Source: Vicinamibacteria bacterium (GTDB lineage: Bacteria; Acidobacteriota; Vicinamibacteria; Vicinamibacterales; CAVVIG01). From it: a DNA stretch of 54,599 nucleotides. Of this stretch, positions 17,739 to 27,283 are shown one piece after another. The DNA lies in contig JBGOTP010000002.1 in assembly GCA_041476545.1 (NCBI GenBank), positions 1 to 54,599 of the forward strand. The letters run 5' to 3'. How positions within the stretch are numbered: the first letter of the stretch is position 1; every line of letters begins with the position of its first letter. The translations under genes were made by a program, and so were the position numbers. Below the pieces are notes generated by a model. It saw only the letters and a program-made list of their open reading frames with translations, was not told the origin of the DNA and ran no database searches.

Positions 17739-19892
17739 ATGAGAACTCTGACCGTCGCTGTCGGTGTGTATGTGCTTGTCGCGATTGTGCCGGCGTGCCG
17801 CTCGGCAGTCGACGCCCCACGGCCCGTGGACATGCAGCGGATCGTCGCGGCCGACACTGAGCCGGGCAGCTGGCTCACGCACGGACGGACCTTCGGCGAG
17901 CAGCGCTTCAGTCCGCTTGCGCGCGTGAACGGTGACACGGTCGGCCGGCTCGGCCTCGCCTGGCAGTACGAATTGAAGACCAGCCGCGGTGCTTCGGCCA
18001 CGCCGATTGTCGCCGACGGCGTAATGTACGTCACGTCGGCGTGGAGTCTCGTGTACGCCTTGGACGCGAAGACCGGCCGAGAAATGTGGGTCTACGATCC
18101 CAAGGTGGATCGAACCGTCGGTACCAGTGCTTGCTGCGACGTCGTAAACCGCGGCGTCGCGATCTACGAAGGCAGGATCTTCGTCGGTGTGCTCGACGGC
18201 CGGCTCGTGGCGCTCGATGCCAAGAGCGGTTCGGTCGTGTGGGAGAAAGCGACCGTCGATCAGTCGCTGCCGTACACGATCACGGGCGCGCCGCGCGTCG
18301 CGAACGGCCTCGTCTACATCGGCAACGGCGGCGCCGAGTACGGCGTCCGTGGCTACGTGTCGGCGTACGACACGACGACCGGCGACCTGAAGTGGCGCTT
18401 CTATACGGTGCCCGGCGATCCGGCGAAGGGGCCCGACCACGCGGCTTCGGACACCATCATGGCGAAGGCGACAGCGACGTGGACGGGCGAGTGGTGGAAG
18501 CTCGGCGGCGGCGGCACCGTCTGGGATGCGATCGTCTACGACCCGGACTTCGATCAGCTGATCATCGGCGTCGGGAATGGTTCGCCGTGGAACCGGCAGA
18601 TTCGATCGCCCAAGGGCGGTGACAACTGGTTCCTCTCGTCCCTCGTGGCCCTCGATGCGAGAACCGGCGTCTACAAGTGGCACTATCAGACGACGCCGGG
18701 GGATTCGTGGGATTTTACGGCCACGCAAGCGATCATCCTCGCGGATCTCACGATCGATGGGACGCGCCGGAAGGTCGCGCTTCAGGCGCCCAAGAACGGG
18801 TTCTTCTACGTGATCGATCGGCAGGACGGTCGCCTCGTGTCCGCCGCTCCGATCCTGCCGATGTTGCAGGCCAAAGACACACCACCTGGCGCTCCGCTCA
18901 GTTGGGCGTACGCCGTGGACCAGGCGAGCGGGCGTCCGATCGAAAATCCCGGGGCGCGTTACGTCGGCCAGACGGCGGTCGTTCGCCCGTCGCCGCTTGG
19001 CGCGCACAATTGGCACCCCATGGCGTTCAGTCCAGAGACAGGCCTCGTGTACATCCCCGCGCAGGACATGGCGCTCGACTTCACAACCGACTCAAAATTC
19101 CTCGTCCGGCCCGGGCGATGGAACACGGGCACGGTGCATGCGCCGCTGCCCGATGATCCGAAGGTCCGGGAGGCGATCAGGAACGGATCGAAAGGGTTTC
19201 TCATCGCCTGGGATCCGGTGAAGCAAAAAGAAGCGTGGCGCGTGGAGCACAAAGGTCCGTGGAATGGCGGCACGCTCGCGACTGCTGGCAACCTCGTGTT
19301 CCAAGGCACCGTCGATGGCCGTTTCGTCGCGTTCGACGCGAAGACCGGCCGGCAGCTCTGGGAATACGACAACCAGCTGGCCACGCTCGCGGGTCCGATC
19401 GCCTACGAGATCGATGGCGAACAGTACGTCGCAGTGCTTGGAGGGTACGGGAGCGTCTTCTATCTGTACGCCGGCGCGCTCCTTCCCACTCCAGGAGCAG
19501 GGGCCTCCGTGAACGGACGCGTCTTTGTCTACAAACTCGGCGGGACGGCCGAGCGGCCCGTGATTTCGAAGCCGGCGTCGCCGATGCCGCAGCCTCCCGC
19601 GATCGTGGCGTCAGCGGCGGACGTGGCGCGTGGCGCGGCGCTCTACTCGCAATTCTGCGCGGTGTGCCATGGGGCGGGGGTTGTCTCTGCGAATGTAATC
19701 CCGGACCTTCGTCGATCCCGGCGGCTGCAGGACGACACCGCGTGGCAGCAGGCTGTCTCGGGTGGAACGCCAGGGATGCCGGCCATGCCGCGCTTCAAAG
19801 AGTTCCTGACGCCAGCTGACGCCAGCGCGATCCGCGCCTACGTTGCCAGCGAGGCGGCCCAGCAGTACGCGGCAGGTGCTGCGACGCGCTAA
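17739..19892 (+). CDS. quinohaemoprotein alcohol dehydrogenase (PQQ methanol/ethanol family with C-terminal cytochrome c domain)
   Basis: ATG 17739 is preceded by GGAAGGA. Has a signal peptide, the vicinal disulfide motif SACCDVVNRG, then GGAEYGVRGY, GNGSPWN and DSWDFTAT. The C-terminal haem motif is FCAVCHG. Confidence 0.9.
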   Translation: MRTLTVAVGVYVLVAIVPACRSAVDAPRPVDMQRIVAADTEPGSWLTHGRTFGEQRFSPLARVNGDTVGRLGLAWQYELKTSRGASATPIVADGVMYVTSAWSLVYALDAKTGREMWVYDPKVDRTVGTSACCDVVNRGVAIYEGRIFVGVLDGRLVALDAKSGSVVWEKATVDQSLPYTITGAPRVANGLVYIGNGGAEYGVRGYVSAYDTTTGDLKWRFYTVPGDPAKGPDHAASDTIMAKATATWTGEWWKLGGGGTVWDAIVYDPDFDQLIIGVGNGSPWNRQIRSPKGGDNWFLSSLVALDARTGVYKWHYQTTPGDSWDFTATQAIILADLTIDGTRRKVALQAPKNGFFYVIDRQDGRLVSAAPILPMLQAKDTPPGAPLSWAYAVDQASGRPIENPGARYVGQTAVVRPSPLGAHNWHPMAFSPETGLVYIPAQDMALDFTTDSKFLVRPGRWNTGTVHAPLPDDPKVREAIRNGSKGFLIAWDPVKQKEAWRVEHKGPWNGGTLATAGNLVFQGTVDGRFVAFDAKTGRQLWEYDNQLATLAGPIAYEIDGEQYVAVLGGYGSVFYLYAGALLPTPGAGASVNGRVFVYKLGGTAERPVISKPASPMPQPPAIVASAADVARGAALYSQFCAVCHGAGVVSANVIPDLRRSRRLQDDTAWQQAVSGGTPGMPAMPRFKEFLTPADASAIRAYVASEAAQQYAAGAATR

Positions 19893-20038
19893 GGACCAGG
19901 CGCCAAGCGCGTTCTTTGCCATGGCGCGTGCAAGCGCTGCGGCAAGCCCGTCGTCTCAACAAACTACGTGTCGCTCTGGGTGGCCGGACGTATTCATCCC
20001 AGGTCACCCTACACAACATCCAGAGAATGGCCAGAAGA

Positions 20039-20087
20039 CGAGCGCGCGCTTGATCGATGCGTTCAGCACCGGGCCGGATGCCCGGTC
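20039..20087. repeat. 49-nt degenerate copy of the 3' coding end of the MBL gene (partner at 21808-21855)
   Basis: CGAGCGCGCGCTTGATCGATGCGTTC (26 nt) is identical at 20039-20064 and 21808-21833. Weaker similarity follows, including GATGCCCG. The two copies are direct repeats bracketing the tannase gene. Confidence 0.7.
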
Positions 20088-20154
20088 CATCCCGTAATTC
20101 CGACCGCTCGCGGTCGCGAGGTGGTAGGCTGCTCTGGTTACTCAGAGGAGACTC

Positions 20155-21744
20155 ATGAAGCGTCTGCAATTGCCAGCTCTCATCGCCGCCGCGGGGTTCT
20201 GTCTCGCCGCTCGCGCGGAGGCCACCTCATGCGAGGACCTCACCAAGCTCGTGTTGCCCGCGACGACAATCACGAGCGCGCAGATGGTCGCCGCCGGAGC
20301 GTTTACCCCGCCGCCGCGGCCGCCCGGGCCGGTCGACGACGATGTGAACGCGCCGACTGGTGGGGCCGGAGCGCGTGGCGGCGCGCCGGGGGGACGCGGC
20401 CGCGGCGGTCGCGTTGTGAGCTATCGGACGCTGCCCGAGTTCTGTCGAGTGGCGGCGATGCTCAGGCCGTCGAGTGACTCGGAGATCAAGGTCGAAGTCT
20501 GGATGCCCGCCACCGGCTGGAACGGGAAGTTCGAGGGCGTCGGCAACGGCGGATGGGCCGGCACGATCGGGTACGCCGCGATGGCCGCGGCGGTCGCCGG
20601 AGGCTACGCGACGGCGAGCACCGATACCGGCCACGTCGGCGGCAGCGCGTCGTTCGCCCTCGGTCATCCGGAGAAGCTGGCCGACTTCGGCTATCGCGCC
20701 GTGCACGAGATGACCGTGCAAGGCAAGGCGATCGTCGACGCGTTCTACGGCGGGGCGCCGAAACTCGCGATCTGGAACGCGTGCTCGACCGGCGGCCGGC
20801 AGGCGATCACCGAAGCCGAGCGGTATCCCGCTGACTACGACGGGATTGTGGCCGGGGCGTCCGCTATCTACAGCATGGCGATTCACGCCGCGCGCGTGGC
20901 GATCAACGTGATCGCCCATCGAACGGACGACAGCTACATCCCGCCTGCGAAGTACGCGATGGTGCATGCGGCCGTCCTCGAGGCCTGCGACGCGCTCGAT
21001 GGCGTCAAGGACGGCGTGATCGACGATCCGCTGCGGTGCCGCTTCGATCCGAAGGTTCTCAAGTGCAAGGACGCGGACGCCCCGACGTGTCTGAACAACG
21101 CGCAGGTCGAGACCATGCGTGCGTTGTATGCACCGCTCAAGGAGATTCCCGGACAGCCACCGCTCCTGCAGCCGGGGACCGAGCTTGGATGGGCGACGCT
21201 CGCCGGTCCGAGCCCGTTGAGACTTTCCGTCGATGCGTTCAAGTTCGTGGTGTTCAAGGATCCAAGCTGGGACTGGCATCGGTTCAACGCGACCACCGAC
21301 ATCGCTCGCGCGCTCAAGGCCGACACCGGCGCGGTCAGCCTCACGGACCCGAATCTGAAGCCGTTCTTCGATCGCGGTGGCAAGCTCCTCATGTATCACG
21401 GCTGGGCCGATCCTCAGGTCCCGGCGCAGAACAGCGTGCGCTACTTCAATGCCGTCGTGAAGACGGCGGGGCAGAGCGTCGTCGGCAAGTCGATTGAACT
21501 CTACATGGTGCCGGGCATGGGCCACTGCCGCGGCGGCGCGGGCGCCGACACGTTCGACAAGATGGCCGCGATGGAGCAATGGATCGCGCAGGGGACGGCA
21601 CCCGCCCAGATCGTTGCCTCTCACTCCACCGCTGGCGCGGTGGACCGCACGCGTCCACTGTGCCCGTTCGGTCAGGTCGCCAAATGGAAGGGCATTGGAA
21701 GCACTGACGAGGCGGCGAACTTCGCCTGCGTCGCCGAGCGTTGA
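20155..21744 (+). CDS. tannase / feruloyl esterase family alpha/beta hydrolase (exported)
   Basis: RBS AGAGGAG upstream of the start, and a signal peptide. Has WNGKFEGVGNGGWAG, ASTDTGH and the nucleophile motif NACSTGGRQ, with family-typical cysteines. Confidence 0.88.
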   Translation: MKRLQLPALIAAAGFCLAARAEATSCEDLTKLVLPATTITSAQMVAAGAFTPPPRPPGPVDDDVNAPTGGAGARGGAPGGRGRGGRVVSYRTLPEFCRVAAMLRPSSDSEIKVEVWMPATGWNGKFEGVGNGGWAGTIGYAAMAAAVAGGYATASTDTGHVGGSASFALGHPEKLADFGYRAVHEMTVQGKAIVDAFYGGAPKLAIWNACSTGGRQAITEAERYPADYDGIVAGASAIYSMAIHAARVAINVIAHRTDDSYIPPAKYAMVHAAVLEACDALDGVKDGVIDDPLRCRFDPKVLKCKDADAPTCLNNAQVETMRALYAPLKEIPGQPPLLQPGTELGWATLAGPSPLRLSVDAFKFVVFKDPSWDWHRFNATTDIARALKADTGAVSLTDPNLKPFFDRGGKLLMYHGWADPQVPAQNSVRYFNAVVKTAGQSVVGKSIELYMVPGMGHCRGGAGADTFDKMAAMEQWIAQGTAPAQIVASHSTAGAVDRTRPLCPFGQVAKWKGIGSTDEAANFACVAER

Positions 21745-21796
21745 CTCGCGCCTCGGAAGGGTGGCTCGCGCTGAGGTGCGAGGATGGTGCGTTCGT

Positions 21797-22873
21797 TTAG
21801 CGGAATCCGAGCGCGCGCTTGATCGATGCGTTCGGCAGTAGCCTGATGCCCGATCGATCGAGCCGCCACTTGTCCATGTACTGCTCGGGCTTGATCAGCT
21901 TCACGCCAGACGTCGACAGCAACGCTTCGAGTCCCGCATCGACGAACGGCCGCTGGACCCCCGAGAGAAACGGCGTGAAGTAGCTGTCCCAGTGGACCGG
22001 CAGGTACGCCTTTGGTTTCAGAACGGGCAGCACCAGTTTCGCGACGGCCGATCCGCCGGTGCCGATCCAGAGGTCGACCGACTCCAGTCCGGCGTCGCGC
22101 AGCGCGGCCTTCAGGTTCTCGACCGGCGCGCCGTAGTCGACGCCGTCAACGACAATCGGAACCGTGAGGTCCACCGCGCTCGCGGAGTTCTGGTAGAACC
22201 AGCTGAAGTGTCCATCGGGTCCGTCAACAGTGAATAGAAATCCACGGACCCCGCCGCCATTGGGAAAATCCTCGGCGACCCCCGCGCGCAAACCGCCTGT
22301 CGCCGGATCGAGCCGAGGTGGTCCCGGTAGTTCCACCGCGTTGTGCTGCTCGGGATTGGTCGACGGGCTGCCACTGTGGTTCCAGCGCACAACCCTCATC
22401 GTCACGCCCTCGGCGAGCTCCACCCTTTCGCCGCCGTTGACGGCCGTGCACCGTTCGGCTGGCACGCCCTGCGCGACCGCCTGAAAGCACGTCGTCTTCG
22501 GCCCGATGATCCGTGCGCCCGAAAGCTTCGACCAGGCGGCCGTGTCGAATGAATGATCGAAATGGCTATGGCCGCTCAAGAGCAGGTTGACGCTGGATGG
22601 TCCGCCGAGCGCGGTCAATACGTTGGTGACCGCGGGAACATCCGACGAGAACATCTGCCGAGTGTTGGCGAGGCCTCCGCCGCCACCGTAGAACGTGTTC
22701 TGCGGGATGCGGGTGACGAATCCATCCGTGATCACACGAAGGGGCCCCAGCTCGTAGTAGAGGTTGCTCACCGAGAACCAGGTGATGTCCACGAACGAAG
22801 GCGCGGCGCCGCCGGCCGGTACGGTGACCGCGAGGGCGGCGACAAGTGCGCCAGCGCAAGCCGCCTTTCGCAT
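21797..22873 (-). CDS. MBL-fold metallo-hydrolase (exported)
   Basis: A start at MRKAACAGALVAALAV (ATG 22873) gives a signal peptide. The metal motif is LLLSGHSHFDHSFD (HxHxDH). Confidence 0.7.
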   Translation of the reverse strand: MRKAACAGALVAALAVTVPAGGAAPSFVDITWFSVSNLYYELGPLRVITDGFVTRIPQNTFYGGGGGLANTRQMFSSDVPAVTNVLTALGGPSSVNLLLSGHSHFDHSFDTAAWSKLSGARIIGPKTTCFQAVAQGVPAERCTAVNGGERVELAEGVTMRVVRWNHSGSPSTNPEQHNAVELPGPPRLDPATGGLRAGVAEDFPNGGGVRGFLFTVDGPDGHFSWFYQNSASAVDLTVPIVVDGVDYGAPVENLKAALRDAGLESVDLWIGTGGSAVAKLVLPVLKPKAYLPVHWDSYFTPFLSGVQRPFVDAGLEALLSTSGVKLIKPEQYMDKWRLDRSGIRLLPNASIKRALGFR

Positions 22874-22940
22874 GACGCCTATCTCGCGCCGGACTCGCGC
22901 TCCTGCAGCCGGGCGCCCCGCAGGATGTCGCCGATCATCA

Positions 22941-25097
22941 TCATCCGCCAATCTTGAACGCGACGAGTTCGCCGCTGTAACCCGACCCGCCGATGGCGAC
23001 GACGATGTATTGTTTGCCGTTCAGCATGTAGGTCATCGGACCGCCGCCCTGGGGCGCCGGCATGTAGACGGCGCCGACTTCCTTGCCGGTCGCCTTGTCG
23101 TACGCGCGAAGCATCGCGCCGCGCTGACCGGACGGCGTGGGACCAAAGCCCGCCTCGCCCGCGACGACCAGGGTCTTCGTCACCAGTTGACCCACCGTGC
23201 CGGGGCGACCTGTGCGAGGAATCGTGACGTCCTTGAGTGCGACGTTGCTCGTGATGTTGGCGGGCGTGTCGCCGTGCGCGATTTGCCAGAGGATCTCGCC
23301 TTTGTTCAGATCGATCGCGGTGATCGACCCGTACGGGGGCTTCATGATCGGCAGACCCTTCACTGTCAGCCCTGCGCCGCCTCCGCCCTCGCCGCCGCCC
23401 TCAGCCGCTGCTGCCGCAGGTCGCGCTGGTGGCGCTGCAACGGTGGGTTGCGCCGATGAGGCTGCGACGGCGGGTCGTGCTGTTGGTGCCGCGGCCGTAG
23501 ATCGCGCCGCCGGTGCCGGCGCGGTGAGCGCGCCCCCGCCTGCGCCAGCCGTCGTTCGCGCGCCAGAGGCCGCGTTACCCTGGACATAGGCCAGATCGTT
23601 CTTCGACGGATCGCGCGGCGGCACGAGTCCCAACTGGCCGAGTGATTTGTTCGACGAGACATAGAGAATGTGCGTGTCCGGATCGTACGAGCCGCCCGGC
23701 CAGTTGGTCCCGCCGCCACCCGATCCCAACACCAGCGTCGCGAGTGGCCCTTCGATCTTGCTCACGACCGGCGGCGTGAAGACGGGACCGAGCTTGTACT
23801 TGGTCATCATCTGCATCGCCTCGGCGCGCAGTTCCGGCGTGAAGTCGATGAGATCGTCGGCGACAAATCCCTGCCGGTCGTAGTTGAACGGTTTGCCGTG
23901 CGCGTCGAGCGGAAACGGCTGTGTCGGCGAGTACCACTCGCCGGGCACGTCGCCCCTGGCGACGGGTCGTTCCTCAATCAGCCACACCGGTTGCCCGGTT
24001 ACGCGATCGAGCACGTACATGAATGCCTGCTTGGTCGGTTGCGCCAGGGCCTTGACCGTCCGGCCGTTGACCACGAGGTTGACGAGGATCGGCGGACACG
24101 GGATGTCCATGTCCCAGATCCCGTGGTGCACGAGCTGATAGTGCCACTTCCGTTTTCCGGTTTGCAGGTCGACGGCCACGATGCTCTCGCCAAAGAGATT
24201 CGCGCCCGGCCGGCTCGCGCCGAAGTAGTCGCCGGTCGGCAGTTCCACCGGCAGGTAGGCCAGGCCGAGTTCCTCGTCGACGCTCATCTGCGCCCACACG
24301 CCGGCGTTGCCGGTGTACGACCACGAGTCTTTTTCCCACGTGTCGTTACCGTACTCGCCCGGTGTGGGGATGGTGTGAAAGATCCAGAGGCGCTTGCCCG
24401 TCTTCACGTCGAAGCCGCGGACGTACCCTTTGACGTTCGACTTGCCCGTGGGCACGCCGCCGGACTTGTGCGCGGCGCCGACGATGACGACGTTTTTGGC
24501 GATCGTCGGCGTGGCGTGCAGACCGATTTCACTGCTGAGGGGATCAATCGCTTGGTCCATGTCCTGCTTCAAATCGACCGAGCCGTTTCGCCCGAAGGTC
24601 CGGATCACCTCGCCGGTCGTGGCGTCGAGCGCGATCAGCCGGTAGCCGGGTGTGACGTAGAGGATGCGCCGCTCGCGACCGTCGGTCCAGTAGGCCAGGC
24701 CCCTGCCGGAAAGCTGACGCGGCGCCGCGGCGCCCCGCGCGCCCTCGTTCTCGCTGTGCATCCACAACAACTCGCCCGTGGCTGCGTCGATCGCGACAAC
24801 CGCTCGCCGGGAGCCCCCGGTGGAATACAACACGCCGTTCACCATCAGCGGTGTGGATTCGAACTGATACTCGGGCCGTGGACCGAGGCTGTCGGTCTTG
24901 AACCGCCACGCGACTTCGAGCGTGCTGAAGTTGGACGCGTTGATCTGGTCGAGGGGCGAATAGCGCGTGTTGCCCAAATCGCCGCCATACGTCGGCCACT
25001 CGCCGTTCTTCGCGCCCGACTGCGCCAGGAGACCTGCGCCGCCAGCGAGCAGGCAGGCGACGATCCAGAGCGCGGAGGGTCGAGGGTGTCGAGTCAT
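22941..25097 (-). CDS. PQQ-dependent dehydrogenase, glucose/quinate/shikimate-type propeller, exported (no N-terminal TM bundle)
   Basis: Start at MTRHPRPSALWIVACLL (ATG 25097). Has WPTYGGDLGNTRYSPLDQIN and HHGIWDMDIPCPPIL, which resembles the mGDH block HHDLWDMD. It carries an unusual Ala/Pro/Gly-rich insertion. Confidence 0.8.
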   Translation of the reverse strand: MTRHPRPSALWIVACLLAGGAGLLAQSGAKNGEWPTYGGDLGNTRYSPLDQINASNFSTLEVAWRFKTDSLGPRPEYQFESTPLMVNGVLYSTGGSRRAVVAIDAATGELLWMHSENEGARGAAAPRQLSGRGLAYWTDGRERRILYVTPGYRLIALDATTGEVIRTFGRNGSVDLKQDMDQAIDPLSSEIGLHATPTIAKNVVIVGAAHKSGGVPTGKSNVKGYVRGFDVKTGKRLWIFHTIPTPGEYGNDTWEKDSWSYTGNAGVWAQMSVDEELGLAYLPVELPTGDYFGASRPGANLFGESIVAVDLQTGKRKWHYQLVHHGIWDMDIPCPPILVNLVVNGRTVKALAQPTKQAFMYVLDRVTGQPVWLIEERPVARGDVPGEWYSPTQPFPLDAHGKPFNYDRQGFVADDLIDFTPELRAEAMQMMTKYKLGPVFTPPVVSKIEGPLATLVLGSGGGGTNWPGGSYDPDTHILYVSSNKSLGQLGLVPPRDPSKNDLAYVQGNAASGARTTAGAGGGALTAPAPAARSTAAAPTARPAVAASSAQPTVAAPPARPAAAAAEGGGEGGGGAGLTVKGLPIMKPPYGSITAIDLNKGEILWQIAHGDTPANITSNVALKDVTIPRTGRPGTVGQLVTKTLVVAGEAGFGPTPSGQRGAMLRAYDKATGKEVGAVYMPAPQGGGPMTYMLNGKQYIVVAIGGSGYSGELVAFKIGG

Positions 25098-27172
25098 CGG
25101 CGCGCTCCGGCGGACGTCTGGTCCACGGCCGCGGACGTGAGGCCCTTGGCCTTCCGCTCTTGCACCAGCCGGTTGTACTCCGCATCGTCCAGATACACTA
25201 CGTTGATCCAGAGCTGTAGCATGTCGTCCACGCTGCGTTCGCCAAACCCCGCCCACATCGCGGGATCAGGATTCCGCCGGTTCGCCGACGTGTTGTCGTG
25301 CGTGCCGATGATGTGGAGAACCGTTCCGGCCGGCAGCAACGGCGACACGTCGTCGGCGTACAGATACGAGACGTGCCAGTTGAAATCGAAGTGATCCACG
25401 GAGCTGAGCACCTCGACGGCGTTGTCGAGTTTGATGGCTTCGAGCGTCATCCCGCGACCGCGCATGTGCATGTGCGGCTGAAACGCGTCGATACGTGCCG
25501 CGCGCGGCAACCGGAAGTAGCCGTCGTGGCGGACGACGGAATTGGGCGGGATCTCCAGTTCGTCGTTCGGCACGTTGCGGAAGTTGATCGAGCGGACCTC
25601 GTACTTCGGTGTCACGCCTTTCGGATAGAAGATGAACGCGATCTGGGTCTGATCCGTTTCTTCTTTGCCGATGGCGAAGTAGTGCATGTCGAATCGCAGG
25701 CGCGTGCCTGCCTTGAGGAGTCGTCCGGTGTTGTCGTTGAAGGTGTCGCCGTACTTCCCGACGGCGTACTCGTGCAACTGGATGCCTGTTTCCGGCGTGC
25801 CGGCCGGGGCGTCTGGCTCAATCGCGTAGACCACCGTGTGGTGGACGATGCGCCGATTGCTCGGGCGCACTTCCATCGCCTTGATCCAGCGGTCCTCGGT
25901 CAACTTCGTGTCGGCGAAGTAGTCGATCCACCAGTCCGGGCCCTTCGGATACATCGTGTGCATCTTGTCCATCTTCACGACAAGATCGGGTTTGCCGATA
26001 TGCCACACGTCTTCGGGACCAAAGACCTGAAGCGACGGCATGTCGGCGGCATTGCCCCGCGGCGCCTCGGCGTCCACCCAACGGACGATGGTCGCCACCT
26101 GATCGTCGGTCAGCGATAGATCGTTCTTGTACTGCCGGATGCCGACGCTCCGATCCAGGTGCCACGGCGGCATTTCCCGGCTGGACACACGCTGCTTGAT
26201 GGACCGGGCCCACGGCCGCACTTCCTCGTAGGTCGTGAGCGCCATCGGTGCACCCGTGCCCGCGTGGTGACACTGCGTGCATTTGGCCTGGAAGATCGGC
26301 GCGACGTCTTTGGTGAATGTAGGCGTCGCGCGCGACAGTGTCGACACTACTGACCGGGCCGTGTTCCTGTCGGATGCGCCACCGACAACGACTTTCAGTT
26401 GAACGTTCGTCCAGCAGCAGTGGTAGCCGAAGTTCCCCGCGGATTCACCGGAGCCGTCGTCGACGACCGCGAGCAGCGTGTATTCACCCGGGGCGCTGAA
26501 ACGAGCCGTGGCTGCGGCCTGTCCGTCGCGCACATTCTGGACGGCTGGCGTCATCGTGACGGTCCCGGGTCCGCGGTACTTCGACCACTCCACTGTCATC
26601 CCAATCGGCGCCCCTCGCCGGCGCGGCAATCCGTCGTCGGTCGCCTTGATGGCGAGCGTCGCGGTTTCGTCGGCAGCGATGCGGAGATCGGGCTGCACCG
26701 TGACGACGGGAGGTGTGTTCGAGTTGATGTTCTCGCTGTTGCCGCCGCGCGTCGTGCGGAGCCGGTCGATCTGCCAGACACGGTTCAGCGTGCCGGCAAC
26801 CAGTTCCGTGTTGCCGCGTATCGTGAGGGACCACACGAGCTTGGTGGTCTCTCCGAAGTTTTTCGGGACGACCACGCGAAAGACGTCCTTGTGCCTCCGC
26901 GTGTCGAAGTGCGTGGGCTGACCGCGATCGGGTCCCGGTTCGAAGCGATTCTCCGGCCCGACGGGGACCTCGACCGCCTCTTCGTAGTTCCGATTCAGAT
27001 AGCCGAACCACATGTTGTACGAGCCGTCCGGGTTGATGTCGAACCCTTCGTATACGGGTGCGACGCCCTGGCCCGTCCAGTGGCGCGTTGGCGCAACGGC
27101 CTGACCCTTGACCAGCGTGGGCACGACGAGGCCGGCGATTGCGAGGGCGGCGATGATCCGGGTGATCTTCAT
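25094..27172 (-). CDS. exported multidomain protein: N-terminal beta-rich/Ig-like region, CxxCH haem-c motif, C-terminal PHM/DBH-like copper-monooxygenase-type domain (hypothetical function)
   Basis: Start at MKITRIIAALAIAGLV (ATG 27172, GGAGAGGAG upstream). CTQCH is encoded at 26281-26267. IVHHTVVY has its HH at 25843-25838, followed by FDMHYF. HMHM lies at 25474-25463, followed by DDMLQLW. The stop overlaps the next gene's start (ATGA at 25094-25097). Confidence 0.65.
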   Translation of the reverse strand: MKITRIIAALAIAGLVVPTLVKGQAVAPTRHWTGQGVAPVYEGFDINPDGSYNMWFGYLNRNYEEAVEVPVGPENRFEPGPDRGQPTHFDTRRHKDVFRVVVPKNFGETTKLVWSLTIRGNTELVAGTLNRVWQIDRLRTTRGGNSENINSNTPPVVTVQPDLRIAADETATLAIKATDDGLPRRRGAPIGMTVEWSKYRGPGTVTMTPAVQNVRDGQAAATARFSAPGEYTLLAVVDDGSGESAGNFGYHCCWTNVQLKVVVGGASDRNTARSVVSTLSRATPTFTKDVAPIFQAKCTQCHHAGTGAPMALTTYEEVRPWARSIKQRVSSREMPPWHLDRSVGIRQYKNDLSLTDDQVATIVRWVDAEAPRGNAADMPSLQVFGPEDVWHIGKPDLVVKMDKMHTMYPKGPDWWIDYFADTKLTEDRWIKAMEVRPSNRRIVHHTVVYAIEPDAPAGTPETGIQLHEYAVGKYGDTFNDNTGRLLKAGTRLRFDMHYFAIGKEETDQTQIAFIFYPKGVTPKYEVRSINFRNVPNDELEIPPNSVVRHDGYFRLPRAARIDAFQPHMHMRGRGMTLEAIKLDNAVEVLSSVDHFDFNWHVSYLYADDVSPLLPAGTVLHIIGTHDNTSANRRNPDPAMWAGFGERSVDDMLQLWINVVYLDDAEYNRLVQERKAKGLTSAAVDQTSAGARR

Positions 27173-27283
27173 GATGCGGATTGTGCCACTCCTCTCCGGC
27201 GCCTTCAAGATATTCAGGCGCGAATCGATGCCCGATTCCGCTACACTTTCCGGCAGGACTTCTACCTTAAGGGAGAACGAGCC

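Noticed and set aside
19893-20154. Possible small RNA or tRNA in the larger intergenic gaps (also 1860-2143, 39186-39363 and 49834-50046)
   Set aside because: I could not find a cloverleaf-compatible acceptor/anticodon arrangement or a conserved riboswitch core by eye. These gaps would need tRNAscan/Infernal to exclude RNA genes formally.
20039-21855. Tannase region as an IS element or transposon
   Set aside because: There is no transposase, no terminal inverted repeats, and the flanking repeat is derived from a neighbouring gene end. I report it only as a rearrangement footprint.
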